From Mobula hypostoma (taxonomy: Eukaryota): DNA of 64,000 nt. The notes below the pieces were generated by a model that saw nothing but the letters and a program-made list of their open reading frames with translations, ran no database searches and was not told the DNA's origin. Positions 12,831 to 26,334 of this stretch are shown in pieces. The position numbers and the translations under genes were made by a program. The stretch spans positions 97,280,001 through 97,344,000 of the forward strand of contig NC_086108.1 of the NCBI RefSeq assembly GCF_963921235.1. Direction: 5' to 3'. Position 1 is the stretch's first letter; each line of letters starts with the position of its first letter.

Positions 12831-13859
12831 TTAATTGATTAATTAATAAAATTAAGATTAATTTTCATCAGTTAAGTTTGAAATTTTGCATCAACACAAG
12901 AGATTCTACAGTTGCTGGAAATCAACAGCAAGACACACAAAATGCTGAGGAATTCAGCTGCGTCCCTCCAGAAATTTTGCATATTCTTATTTCTTGACTG
13001 ACGATAGAGGTTGTGCATAATCTGTAGTGGAAATGTTCATACAATATAGATAGGGCTAACAATAAATTCAGAATAAATGTTTATTTAACAGTTATGAGGA
13101 ATAAACAAAATGTATTTTCTTATTCATTCTTTGATTCTTCCTTCATAATCTTTGGAAGGATGAGCCACTAAAAAAAATCTAGAAATTCAAGTGTGAAATA
13201 ACTTACTGAGGACTTGGCTAAGAGTTTTCAAAATAAATGCCCTTGGAATAAATGCAATAGATGTGTGATCTAGCTAAGTATGCATGCTTCCTACCCCATT
13301 GTTCTGATGGAGACGAATTTCAGAAATGAGATGCTCCTTTCGTCTCCTATTTATCATACAATGGAGGATGAATTTTGACCCTAATTAATAACAATAATAA
13401 TATTTATTTATTTATTTGTATTTGCACAATTTGCCTTCTTTTGCATATTGGTTGTTTGTCAGTCTTTGTGTGTAGTATTTCATTGATTCAATTGTACTTC
13501 TTTGTTCCACTCTGAATGTCTACAAGAAAATGAATCTCAAGGTAGTAAATGGTGATATTAAAGTACTTTGATAATAAATTTACTCTGAACTTTGAAGTTA
13601 ATTACTTTTGATTATAGTAGAGTATAGCACTATGATTTGCAAAAGTTTGATGACATGAGGAGTGGCAGGTTAAATTCATACTTCCACCTCTGAGACAGGC
13701 ATTCAAAACAGGACTTACTAAATGACGATTTTTTTCTCCTGGATGTGAGAGTAAAATTACTTTGTCCAGCCAATCTCATTCCTCAGGGCATTAAGATGGA
13801 CAGTGTAAAATATAGGAAAATTCACATGGGAACAGGCAGAGTGATATGACTGGAATAGA

Positions 13860-14135
13860 GTGGTCAGCAAAATGCTTTACAGTGGCAGCCATCTGAATTC
13901 AATTCCCACTGCTGCTTGTAAGAAGTTTGTATGTTCTCCCCGCGACCGTGAGGGTTTCCTCCGGGTGCTCTGGTTTCCTCCCACAATCCAAAGACGTACC
14001 AGTTGGTAGGTTAATTGGTCATTATAAGTTGTCCCATGATTAGGCAAGGATTAAATCCAGGGATTGTTGGGAGGAGTGGCTCAAAGGGCTGTAAGGGCCT
14101 GTTCGACACTGTATCTCAATAAATAAAAAATAATA
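13860..14135 (+). mobile_element. HE1-like V-SINE
   Basis: gtttgtatgttctccccgcgaccgtgagggtttcctccgggtgctctggtttcctcccacaatccaaagac V-domain; A-rich tail. Confidence 0.85.
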
Positions 14136-17100
14136 AATCGATGAATTTTTGGCCGTGCTATCCTTGGTGGAAGTGAATTTGATTCTAGAGTTGATCATTT
14201 GATGTGAAATGTTATAAAAAACATAAAAATGCATTATATGAAGATGCAATAAAAATGTGTTATGGCAAGAGAAGTAGTCCTGTGTTTGTGCTAATGTGGG
14301 TGCACATTCATTTTTGACAGTCTTTGATAAAAGGACTCGTAGCAGTGCTGTGTCTTTAGAAAATTTATCTTGTAATGTAAGTCAAAATTTTATAATATAC
14401 AAAGAGTACTTTTTAAGTCCAAAATGTGGTTGCTTTGCATTTCTTGCATTATGATGTAGGGAAAACTCTTTTTCATTAAGTATAAAAAATTACTATTAAT
14501 GGCATACTAATAACAACCCAGATAGTAATCTAGCTCTGAATTCAAAGTGTACACTTTATTCATGATCTGTGCTACTGTATTCTTTGAAGTTATGATGGTT
14601 CAGTGAGCCACAGCTGTATTATCTTCATTCAAAATAGATTTGAGAGCTTTGCACATTGCAATTCATAGCCGATGCTTCTGAGAACCTTCAGTGTACTCTA
14701 TGAGAAGCACGACGAGTGGGTATAGTAACTGGAAAAAGCACCGATGGTTTTGAAATTTCAGAAATGCTGCCCAAGGGTAGGGTGTAAAAGCTACCAGTTT
14801 ATTAATTAGGAAAGACATTATTTCCCTCATTTATTTCTTTCTGATCCATGTAAGTAAAAATCTACAGAAGTCTGCAAACATAAGAAACAGGAAAAATAAG
14901 AAAGCATACCCCCCCACCCCCCCCAAAATATTCTTTCCTTTTCCTTCATATATTTTTTTCTGGAATTTGGATCACTATTTTAAAATACTGACATCACAAA
15001 TCTGAACATCCTAATTCCTAGAAATTGTATTGGTTCATTTCATTAACTCAAGCACACTTTACACATTTAGTATAAAATGCTGGAATCTCTCAGTACTCAA
15101 AGGAATTGTTCTGATTTCTTTGCTTAATAACAGAAATAGCTGTTTAAACTTTGGAACATTTGCTTCATCAGTACAAATACTCAATAAAAAAAAAAGGAAA
15201 ACTGGCTTCTCCTGAGTTACTATTGGTGTCGTGCACTACACAGTGTAGTGCTCAACACTATGGAGTTGATTAGGGTCTATTCAGGCAGAAAACTTGATCG
15301 AATTCAAGCACTTTGAATTCCTTGTTCACTCAATAGTCTGTCAAAAAAGAGCATTCAGTGGTTCATATAACCAAATTGGAGCCTGACTAAATTGTCCACC
15401 TTTTTTTTGAAACTTGCATATGGCACACAAACAAATTTTCAGCGCTCTTTCCGCTGCCCCATAACGCTTTGATATGGATTGCATTACCATAACAGCCTGC
15501 ATTAGCCAACTTATATTTTATTCTTCTTTTCAGTGTACATAAAAATCCCAGATTAGCCCTATTCTCTTTTATTTCCTTTGAACTCTTTCAGCCTATTTTT
15601 TGAGACTTTTTGTGCTTTTGACTGTGAGCAGCATTCACTGTAAAAGCAGTTAAGGCTGCTATATGACCACAAGCAAAACTGCGAATGTCTTAAGTAGAGA
15701 CCACACAACTCTTTTGTGCATTTGCATATTTCAGTGATGTGCTTCAATCTGAATATAAGATGTAAAGAAAGAGCCTCTACCTCATCTTAATTTCATTATC
15801 CTAATTGCTCACAGAATTTTTGATGTCTCACCCACTTTATTCATGAAAACTGTACACAGCACATATTTTGAAGAAGCAAGATGCAGAGAAGTTGCTGATA
15901 CAGAGACTTCGACCAAAAGTAGATTCCATGAAGTAACCATCTCTTTGGGCTCAAAGGGAGCAAGGCCAAAGCCGAGATGCTCAGTTAATTTTCCAGTTCA
16001 GTAACTGTAATAATCCAGCCCAGCCAGCTGCTAACAAGATTGGGTCTGAAGTTTACCTCCACAATGAGATAATCAGATTACCAGCCACAAAGATCAAATA
16101 ATGACCCAGCTTTAGAGCAAGTTCAGCAGACCCTTGATAGCACTGTGTGGTCGACGAATTTGATTTAAAAAAATATTAAATAAAATAACTGCAAACCCTT
16201 GAACATCAAGATTCAACAGATGGTTGACAGTCTATCTCTAGTTCATTTTAATATTGACGAAAAAGGGGAAAAATTAAAATGTGATGATATTCATGCTGGG
16301 CAATTGTTCTTGAGCTCAGCTTAAGATGAAGCATGCAGAGTTTTCCGTTTGGCAGAGAGAAAGAGAAAACTCAAAATGATTCTTGGCATTTGGACTTTGT
16401 CCTACGGAAGGTGCGTAAATGTTGAAAACTCTGCTTGGTAATTTTTGGTATTGCAGAAATATCTGCTAATCGGTTACATTTTGTCTGCGTCTACCACAGG
16501 CCACAATATCTGGAAGTTTTTGTTTTGGCCACATTAAGATAGCTTCTTTTAGTAGTAACGGGATTATTCCGAGAGGCATACAAATGTGATTGTCTCACAG
16601 CAGATGGTGCGCACTGCTTCACCTTTGAGAAAAGTTAATTAAGCCAAGCATATTGTGTCCATAAAGGGGAAAATGTAGATGAATATTGAGCAATCAAACT
16701 CGGTGTCTCCTTTTCATGCCTTTGCAATGGGACACAGAACCCCATTGAAGGAGAATTATGTACAGAATCAAATTAATTCACATCCAACTTTACTCTCTTC
16801 CCACGTTTTAACAGGGGTGCACACCAGGCTCTTCAGAAGTTTAGCCCGCAATCAATGGACCACACTGCTGTGTCCACTAAATTAAATGAACCAGCGCAGA
16901 AAAATCTCTTGTGTGATATTAAAAGGGTGAAAGACTGTTTAATTCAAATCCTTCCGTCGAGGTTTTTTTTTCTTCTTTCAGCCTCTTCAACAAAGTACAG
17001 TACAAACTTGTAACAAAGCCCTTTCAAGCTGGTTCACCAAAATCAAAGCAAAAAGCTACAGTGATCCTGACATGATTGTACAGAAAATATGATTTATCTC

Positions 17101-17958
17101 TTTCATCTACTGAGCAAAATACATATCATTTATTTTGAATCTACAGATATAATTATGTTATAATTGTGTGAATATGAATTTCACTTAATAAATTGCAACA
17201 TGCAGTGGGATTTATAGCAATGGCCAGCTATGTTAATCTCAGCAAAGGTTATCTTACATGTCCCAGTTCCAAAAGTGTGGACTTGAAGCATTTCTAGACT
17301 TATTTTAATGTGCTATTTTAGATAACATAACTAGTAATTTATAAATTTTCCATCTTAATTGTTTTAAATTAGAGCAAATAAGCAATTTTTTATGGACAAA
17401 GTAGCATCCGTAGTGAACAAAATATTGGTAAATCCTGCAGTTTGCTACATACAACCCAGGGTTAAGCTTATTATAAATACATTTGATTACCCTGGAAGGT
17501 CTTTCTATTAATGATGGGAGTGCTGTCGAATTTTGTAGGCGGCTGTAACAGTGGCACATTGTGACTGGATCAAAGCTAAGTTGCTTTGGTCTGCTGACGA
17601 CAATGTTCATATAACATGGTCACATACAATATATAAAAAATGTTATAATTTTCTCAATGAATGTGCACTGTCACTTGCTTTTATATTACCATATAAAATT
17701 AATTGGTGAAATAAGTCAATTGTAAGCCAGATTAACAATAAAGGTTAACGATTAATATTAAACATTAGCTTTGTCACATGTACATTGAAACATACAGTGA
17801 ACTGTGTCGCTTGTGTCAATGACTAACGCAGTCTGAAGGTGTGCTGGGAGCAGCCCACAAGTAGCAGCATACTTGCAGTACCGATAGAACACGTCCGTGA
17901 TTTACTAGCCCTGATAGGACTAAAAGTAAAAAGTATCTGAATAGAAAAATATATAATA

Positions 17959-17960
<2 letters not shown>

Positions 17961-17997
<37 letters not shown>
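17961..17997. repeat. (TG)n microsatellite
   Basis: About 18 perfect TG units. Confidence 0.97.
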
Positions 17998-17999
<2 letters not shown>

Positions 18000-19002
18000 T
18001 GAAGACACACACACATTTGTGTTTTATGTATACATACAGTATGTGTGTGCAAAGTTTTTTCAAATGACTCCCCTTCAGCTTTCTTCAGAGTACAATCTAC
18101 ATGTTTGGAAACCAAGGCTTGGCAGCCACTGCGTTCACATTGACCTCATTTCCTCCCTCATTCTTCAGAGCATCACTGTTGTTTTCTGCTTTGGACCTCA
18201 GCTTCTCACTAATGAGAAATAAAAAAAAATCAAAATCCCGCTGAGAATGAAGGCGGACTTTCCAACCAAAATCACTTGCATGCCAAGAAAAAGGGTTACT
18301 TCTTAGCTAAAGTTGGCATTTCCTGACAGGATTGGCTGCTTATTTGTTGTGCCAAGTATATTTTGAAGAAGATAATGCTTGCTGTATCAAGGTGACTGAG
18401 GCTTGTTATTAACACTTGGTATATAATGTGATGCTTATTTTCTACTGAACGCAGTTGATAGTGAATGAAATTGGATGATTAGCAGTTTCACATGCAACAA
18501 AGAGAAAGGACATTTGGTTTATTGTTTAGGTGCCAGGTCTTTGGGAGAATATTCCAATTAGTCCCACTTCCCTGCTCTTTCTCCATAGCTCCGCAATTTT
18601 TTTTCACACTATGAGTAGTTAATTCCATGTTGAATGTTACTATTAAAATTCCTCCCCCCCTCAATCTTTCTGGCAATGCAATTTGAATCAATGACTTTCT
18701 GTTAAAAAAAAGATTGTTCCTCTGTTAGTGAATTTCCTGTAAGTGGGTGATGTCCTGGCAAGTGCCAGACATTTTACCATTTATCTAATGGAGACAAAAG
18801 GGAATACAGATGCTGGATTCAGAGATTCAGAGGTTCAAGATTCAAAGTACATTTATTGTCAAATTGTGTATGCAAAATCCTCCAAGAGGTCCACACCTGC
18901 CATGGGATTTGGAGGCTTGTTGAGAACTATGTTGGCTGGAGTCAGAGCTTTAAGCTTTGGCTTTTGGTAGGGTCACTCATGCCAAACAGGTAAAAGGGTA
19001 GA

Positions 19003-19498
19003 CAACAGGAATTCTGCAGATGCTGGAAATTCAAGCAACACACATCAAAGTTGCTGGTGAACGCAGCAGGCCAGGCAGCATCTGTAGGAAGAGGTGCAGT
19101 CGACGTTTCAGGCTGAGACCCTTCGTCAGGACTAACTGAAGGAAGAGTGAGTAAGGGATTTGGAGGGGGAGGGGGAGATCCAAAATGATAGGAGAAGACA
19201 GGAGGGGGAGGGATAGAGCCAAGAGCTGGACAGGTGATTGGCAAAAGGGGATACGAGAGGATCATGGGACAGGAGGTCCGGGAAGAAAGACAAGGGGGGG
19301 GGGACCCAGAGGATGGGCAAGAGGTATATTCAGAGGGACAGAGGGAGAAAAAAGAGAGTGAGAGAAAGAATGTGTGCATAAAAATGAGTAACAGATGGGG
19401 TACGAGGGGGAGGTGGGGCCTTAGCGGAAGTTAGAGAAGTCGATGTTCATGCCATCAGGTTGGAGGCTACCCAGATGGAATATAAGGTGTTGTAATAT
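19003..19498 (-). mobile_element. Penelope-like element 3' end, young copy
   Basis: End of the GIY-YIG ORF (QHLIFHLGSLQPDGMNIDFSNFR*), pyrimidine-rich UTR and hammerhead; 9-bp TSD aagggtaga at 18994-19002 and 19499-19507. Confidence 0.85.
19097..19134 (-). ncRNA. Minimal type-I hammerhead ribozyme (Penelope-associated)
   Basis: Minus strand reads tagtc-CTGACGA-agggtctcagcct-GAAA-c-GTC-gactg: stem I tagtc/gactg, conserved core, stem II, palindromic ACGT stem III. Confidence 0.8.
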
Positions 19499-20134
19499 AA
19501 GGGTAGAGGTCAGACTAACAGGGATTCCACCGGTCCTCCTGGTTCCCTAAGAACCCTGACTGGACAAACAAAACTGTTACAGAAACAGCAATGAAGAATA
19601 GTCCTCTAACTGAGTGTGACAGTATTCCTGAGTCTCCACCGGGAACTTGCATGGCTGACAGTGGTGAAAACTGAGATACTGACATGAGATGGAGGACATT
19701 TATTGCTGCCCTAAACAGCAGAGGCAGCTGGTAACAGGTAGTAGATAGGTATGTATGTAGTATACAGCCCTGAGATTCATATTCCCCACAGACAGCCATG
19801 GAACAAAGAAAACCATGGAAGCCCCCGAGCAAAAAAAACCAAATCATGCAAATAGCAACCAAAAAAATCAAGGAGCAGGAAACACAGAATTGAAAGAGTT
19901 AGGCATATTCAGTTCAGTTCAGTGTTCTTTATTTGCAGGCCACCCCAATCAAAATTGCGTAGTGAGAGGGTGGGGAGGATACTAACTTTATATGACTTTA
20001 TTCTGGGTGCTTTTTCTTTATTGTTATGAATTGTATATTAGACATGTTTGTTTTGCACTGAATACATCTCTTTTTTGCTGGTAGTTTTTTTGTTGTATTG
20101 TAGAAACTCATAAAAATTGATTTAAAAAAAGGCT

Positions 20135-23100
20135 TCTAACTGAAGGACAACTCACATTTAAAAGAGCTGTTGTAATTGCTGTATCGAAGTAAATCATTGA
20201 GAAAGACACAACTGAGTTGCAGTCAGGAATGAAAGTGAGCATCAACAAAATTGCAATGTCTAAACAGAAAAACCTGCTTGGCTGAACAAATTGTGTTACT
20301 GTTGCGGCAGGGGCTCACGTACTCCAGAGCAATGCAGGTTTAAAGGCGAAACTTGCAGAAAATGCAACAAAGTAGGACACATACAAAGAGCATGTTGGGC
20401 AGACAAAAATCAGTGGACTACACAGGGAAGAGAAAAAGTTAAAAAGTCAAGTTACATTTTCAAAATGAGCAGTAACCTGCATGCTGTTGATAAAAAATCT
20501 GATAATGACGAGCGCGATTGAGGACTGAGCAGCCTTGAGATTTACAATGTGGAAACTAACAACAGACAAGCAATATGGTTGACACCAGAAGTGAACGGCA
20601 AATAGGTTAAATTGGAATTGGACACTTCAGTTTCAGCTTGGCTGTTTCAGTCATTCCACAAAATGAGTTTGATTAGCATTTCAAAGATACTAAATTGAAG
20701 CCTATAGATATCCAACAAATAACTTACAGTGGATAATAGATAACTTCTGTGGGAATGATATTCATAACAGTGGATTACAATGACCAACAAGCCACTTTGT
20801 GCTGGTATGTGGTACAAATAGGAGGGCCAGCATTGTGGGAATGTAATTGTCTGAGAATACTACAACTTAATTGGAGATTCATCCACCACTTACATGCCAT
20901 ATCCCCTACAATGAAGTCAATTGAAAGCAAGTTAAGAAAGGTACTAGATGATGTCACAGCAGTGTTCAAGGATAGCAATGGAAAACTCAAACATATCAAA
21001 TGTAAAATAGCGTTAACTAAAAGTGCCACACCCAAGTTTTACAAAGTCTGTATGATTCCTTATACCGGCCGTAATAAAGTAGCCAGTGAGCTAGATCACA
21101 TGGAGGTTGTCTTTCCAATGTTGAGTGAAGCCTATGGTCATGCCTGAGGTCCTAGTAATCAAGTAGAATGGGTCTATCAGGATCTGTGGTGATTTCAAGG
21201 TCACTATCAACCCAATACTGAAAACAGATCGATACTCTCTGCCCAAGATAGAATATATCTTTGCAAATCTTTCTGGAGGAAAACACTTCGCAAAGCAGAC
21301 TTAGCTGAGGCCATCTACAGATGGAGATGGAAGAAGAGTCCAAAGTGTTTCTCATATAAACACTCATAATGGGCTTTATCATTATAATAAGCTTACTTTT
21401 GGAGTGGCATCTGCATTTGCAATCTGGTAGAAAACTATGGACCAGGTAGTGCAAGGCTGCCCAAACACTGTGTTACCTGGATGACATCATTGTTACCGAA
21501 AAGAATGACTAGGAACACCTCCAAAATCTCAAGAGAATGTTAGAAAGATCAGAAGATTATGGGCTCAAGAGCACAATACAACAAGTGTGAATTCTTTAAA
21601 CCAAGCATCACTTACTGTGGTCACAGCCATTGATGCAAGGATTACACAACGTGCTGAGAAAATTTAAGCAGTGGTGGATGCCCCAAGGCCAAAGGACATG
21701 TCATAGTTGTGGTCCATTTTAGGACTTGTCAATTAATATAACAGGTTCCTGCCAAACCCGACTAGTGTGCTCCACCCTTGAACTCATTACTGCAGATCAG
21801 GAAGAAATGTCAATGGACAAAGCAGTGTGAGGTGGCTTTTCAAAAGGCAAAGGAAATGGTGACAGCAGACACTGTACTCACACAATATGATCCACATCAT
21901 CCAGTGAAGCTTGCCTATGATGCCTTAGCCTTATGGTATAGGTGCAGTGTGGGCATGTGGCCAAGTGGTTAAGGCTTTGGACTAGCGACCTGAAGTTCGT
22001 GAGTTCAAGCCCCAGCCGAGGCAATGTGCTGTGTCCTTGAGCAAGGCACTTAATCACACATTGCTCTACGACGACACTGGTGCCAAGCTGTATGGGTCCT
22101 AATGCCCTTCCCTTGGACAACATTGGTGTCGTGGAGAGGGGAGACTTGCAGCATGGGCAACTGCTGGTCTTCCATACAACCTTGCCCAGGCCTGCGCCCT
22201 GGAGAGTGAAGACTTTCCAGGCGCAGATCCATGGTCTCGCAAGACTAACAGATGCCTTTAATTTAATAGGTGCAGTCATGGCACATGTTATGACCGATGG
22301 AAGGGACTGCCCTATAGCCTTTGCATCTTGTTCCTTTGCCACTGCAGAGAAAAATTATGCACAGATTGAGAGGCCTTGAGTCTGTTTTGGGTTGTACAAC
22401 GTTTCAACCAGTACTTGTCTGGGAGAGAGTTTACCGTCATTACTGATTGTCAACCACTAATGTCCACTTCCAACCCACAGAAGGGTGATCCACTAACAGC
22501 AGTAGCACAAATGCAGAGGTAGGCTTCACTTCTTGAGTACACAATAACAAAATCGAATTCAACAGGATGATTATCATGGAAGTGCTGAAGGATTGTTCAG
22601 TTTACCCTTGGAAAAAGAAATACCTGAAACACTTACAGAAGAAGACGCTCCTCTTGACATATTCTCCCTGATGCATATTGAACATCTCCCTATTACACCA
22701 GAGATGATCCAAAGGGAATCTAGGAGAGACCCCACTCTGTCTCAACTTGCCATGTACTGTTCAGGAAGCCAAAATGTCCAGAAGATGCAAAGAGAAGTGC
22801 CTCTCCATCCCTGGGAAAGATCTCCGTTGCCCTGGCACATCATATGGATTTTGCTGGACCATTCATGGGCACAAATTTCTTGCTAGAAGTGGATGTAGCT
22901 ACAACGTGGCCAGAAGTGTTCCCAATCAACTCCACTACAGCTTCGCACACTGTCGATGTGTGGAAAAATATCTTCAGAAGGACGGATGTTCCAGAAGACC
23001 TAGTCAATGACAATGGGCCGCAGTTTGTTGCAGAACAGTTTCAGTCATTCCAGAATATGAATGGAATAAGACATATGGCATCTGTTCCGTACCACCCAGC

Positions 23101-23250
23101 TGCAATTGGCTTGGTAGTAAGATTTGTCCAGATTCTAAAGAATGCACTGCGAGCAATGTTGTTAGAGCACAGCACACTGATAATTGAATCAGAAGCTTGT
23201 CAGTTTTCTCCTTGCACATTGCAATGAAGCAACAACTCACCAGCTATGAT
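20135..23250 (+). mobile_element. Gypsy/Ty3 LTR retrotransposon internal remnant (gag-pol pseudogene)
   Basis: Twin zinc knuckles CYCCG...C and CRKCNKVGHIQRAC, protease LELDT, RT RICGDFK and YLDDII, RNase H AYDA..YGIGAV, integrase DFAGPF..DNGPQF; order PR-RT-RH-IN. Confidence 0.92.
21949..22265 (+). mobile_element. tRNA-derived CORE-like SINE (tail type B, RTE-related) inserted in the Gypsy RNase H
   Basis: Same head as 9186; 11-bp TSD ataggtgcagt at 21938-21948 and 22266-22276; removing it restores YGIGAVMAH. Confidence 0.92.
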
Positions 23251-23274
23251 GGTTTCTAGGGCACTGACAAGATC

Positions 23275-25520
23275 ACCTTTTAGAGCAGCTTGTGGTTGAG
23301 CCCACTAGGGGATCAGCTATTCCAGATTGGGTACCGTGCACTGAACCAGAATTGATTTGAGAGCTTAAGGTAAAAGAACCCTTGGGGGAAAGTGATCATA
23401 ATATGATCAAATTCACACTGAAGTTTGAGAAGGAGAAACTAACGTCAGATGTATCAGTATTACAGTCGAGTAAAGGGAATTACAGAGGCATAAGAGAGGA
23501 ACCGGCCAGAATTGATTGGAAAAGAACACTGGCAGGGATGACAGCAGAGCAGGAATGGTTGGAATTTCTGGAAGCAATTCAGAAGGATATATACATCCCA
23601 AAGAGGAAGAAGCGTTCTAAAAGAAAGATGACATGACTGAGGCTAACAAGAGAAGTGAAAGTCAACATAAAAGACAAAGAGAGGGCATATGATAGAGAAC
23701 AAATTATTGGGAAGTTAGAGGATTGGGAAGCTTTTAAAAACCTACAGAAGGCAACTAAAAAGTCATTAAGAAGGTAAAGATGGAAGATGAAAGTAAGCTA
23801 GCCAATATTATTAAAGAGGATACCAAGTTTTTTCAGATATATAAAGTGTAAGAGAGGCGAGAGTGGATTTTGGACCATCGGAAAATGATGCTGGAGAGGT
23901 AGTAATGGGGGACAATGAAATGGCGAATGAACTGAATAAGTATTTTGCATCAATCTTCACTGTGGAAGACACTAGCAGTATGCTGGAAGCCCCTGGTGTT
24001 AGGGGTCAGAAGAATATGAAGTTACCATAACTAGAGAGAAGATTCTTGGTAAACTGGAAAGTCTGAAGGTAGATAAGTCACCTGGACCAGATGGTGTACA
24101 CCCCAGGGTTCTGAATGTGTTGGCTGAAGAGATTGTGGAGGCATTAGTAATGATCTTTCAAGAATCACTTCAAGATTCTGGAATGGTTCCGTAAGACTGA
24201 AAAATTGCAAGTGTAACTTCAATCTTCAACAAGAGAGAAAGGTAGAAGAAAGGAAACTATAGTCCAGTTAGTCTGATCTCAGTGGTTGGGAAAATTTTGG
24301 AGTCAATTATTAAGGATGAGGTCTCAGGGTAAAATAGGCCATAGTCACCATTGTTTCTCAAGGGAACATCATGCCTGACAAATCTATTGGAATTGTTTGA
24401 AGAAATAACAAGCAGTATAGACAAAGGAGAACTGGTTGATGTTCTGTACTTGGATTTTCAGAAGGCCTTTGACAAGGTGCCATAGGTGCTTACAAGTTAT
24501 GAGCCTATGGTATTACAGGAAAGGTTCTAGCATGGATAAAGCAGCGGTTGATTGGCAGGAGCAAAGAGTCGGAATAAAGGGAACCTTTTCTGATTGGTTG
24601 CCGGTGAATAGTGGTGTACCACAGGGGTCTGTGTTGGGACCAATTCTTTATATGTTATAGCAATGATTTGGGTGATTGGATTGATGGCTTATTGCAAAGT
24701 TTGCAGACGTTATGGAAGAAGGTGGAGGGATAGGTAGTTTTGAGGAAGTAGAGAGGCTACAGAAAGACAGATTAAGAGAACGGGCAAAGAAATGGCGGAT
24801 GGAATACAGTGTCGGTCATGTACTTTGGAATAAGAAATAAAAGGGTTGTTTATCTTCTAAATGGAGAGAAAATACAAAAAAAAACCTGAAGTGCAAAGGG
24901 ATTTGGGAGCCTTTGTGGAGAACTACTTAAAGGTTAACTTGCAACTTGAGTCCATGGGTGAAGAAGGCTCATGAGGACTAGAATATATTCCAAGAGGACT
25001 AGAATATAAAAACAAGGAAGTAATGTTGAGACTTTATAAAACACTGGTGAAGCCTCATTTGGAGTAATGCAAGCAGGCTTGGGGCCCTCATTTTGGAAAG
25101 GATGTGCTGAAACTGGAAAGGGTTCAAAGGAGGTTCATGAAATTGATTCCAGGATTGACTGGCTCTGGGCCTGTATTCACTAGAATTCAAAAGAATGAAG
25201 GGTGACCTGATTGAAACCTATTAAATGGTGAAAGGCCTTAATAGAGTGGATATGGAGAGGAACAGAGATGAGGAGGAATTTCTTTAGCCAGAGAGTGGTG
25301 AATCTGTGGAATTCTTTACCACAGGCAGATGTGGAGGCCAAGTCCTTATGTATATTTAAGGCAGAGGTTGATAGATTCTTGATTGGTCAGGGCATGAAGA
25401 AATACGGGGGGAAGTCAGAAGATTGGGGCAGAGAGTGAAAATGGATCAGCCAAGATGAAATGGCGGAGTAGACTTGATGGGCCAAATGGCCAAATTCTGC
25501 TCCCATATCTTATGGTCTCA
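23275..25520 (+). mobile_element. CR1 LINE, 5'-truncated
   Basis: GESDHNMIKF, DFQKAFDKVP, SGVPQGSVLGP and a CR1 3' tail ...tatcttatggtct. Confidence 0.92.
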
Positions 25521-26334
25521 TTGCCATTGGTGGGGAGGGCTTTGTCTGTGATGGACTAGGCAGCTTCAGTCAATATCTTACAACAATCGTGATGCAGGTT
25601 CTCTGTCTAAAATGTCGACTCCCCCTCTGCATCTGCTACTGTTTCCTGACCAAACCCTTCCCCCAAAGTTTCTCCAGCATGTTTCTTCGTTCCAGATCAC
25701 TGCGTCTGCAACCTCTTGTGCATCCATCATAAAGCCATATTTTGCTAGCTCTAGTCTTGTGCATTTCACAGCACTTAGCTGGTTTCCCACAGTCTAACCT
25801 CCATACACTTGATATCCTTCAAAACAATGTTGCAACAGCTATCATCGGGAAAAGCCCCCTTAACCAGCCTGGGCTATCCTAGGAAGTGAGCAATCTCATC
25901 GTAGCAGGAGGGATGGTTTAGTTCCTTACCAATCTACTTGATGTTCTGCTTCCTTCACAGGTAACTTTTGCTGGAACAAAGACGTGGTTAGAATGGACAG
26001 AGGTGGTTTCCTTTAACAAATATGTTGGCTGGCCTTCATCCTGTGAGTTAACCTGTCCAACCTTCCTGCTATAAAACAAAGAATGTGCTGGTACAGAGCA
26101 GGTGGAAACTGGCTTTGAAACTTGAGTGCCTGTCCTGACCCCCAAGCTCCCATCTGTTGCCCAATCCCGCCTGGAGATCCATGACTTATTTTGGTCTTTC
26201 GAAAGATAAAATTTGAGAAAAACAATGACTTAAAATATGTGAATAATCATCCCTCCTCTGCGATCAGTTTTCCTGTAAGCTCTGTAACAGGAAAACTGAA
26301 AGTGTCAAACAGTGGAAGAAAGAATAAATAGATT

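Larger units (their letters stand above)
18878..19745 (+). mobile_element. Bipartite RTE-derived non-autonomous element, interrupted by a Penelope copy
   Basis: RTE-like 5' motif ggtagggtcactcatgccaaacaggt..aagggtaga|ggtcagactaa; RTE-like C-terminal remnant RWRTFIAALN at ~19687-19716. Confidence 0.6.

Noticed and set aside
15870..15935. Protein-like stretch KKQDAEKLLIQRLRPKVDSMK
   Set aside because: No convincing acceptor and no recognisable homology.
17816..18222. ORFs with HTHT and CVCV runs
   Set aside because: Translations of the (TG)n microsatellite.
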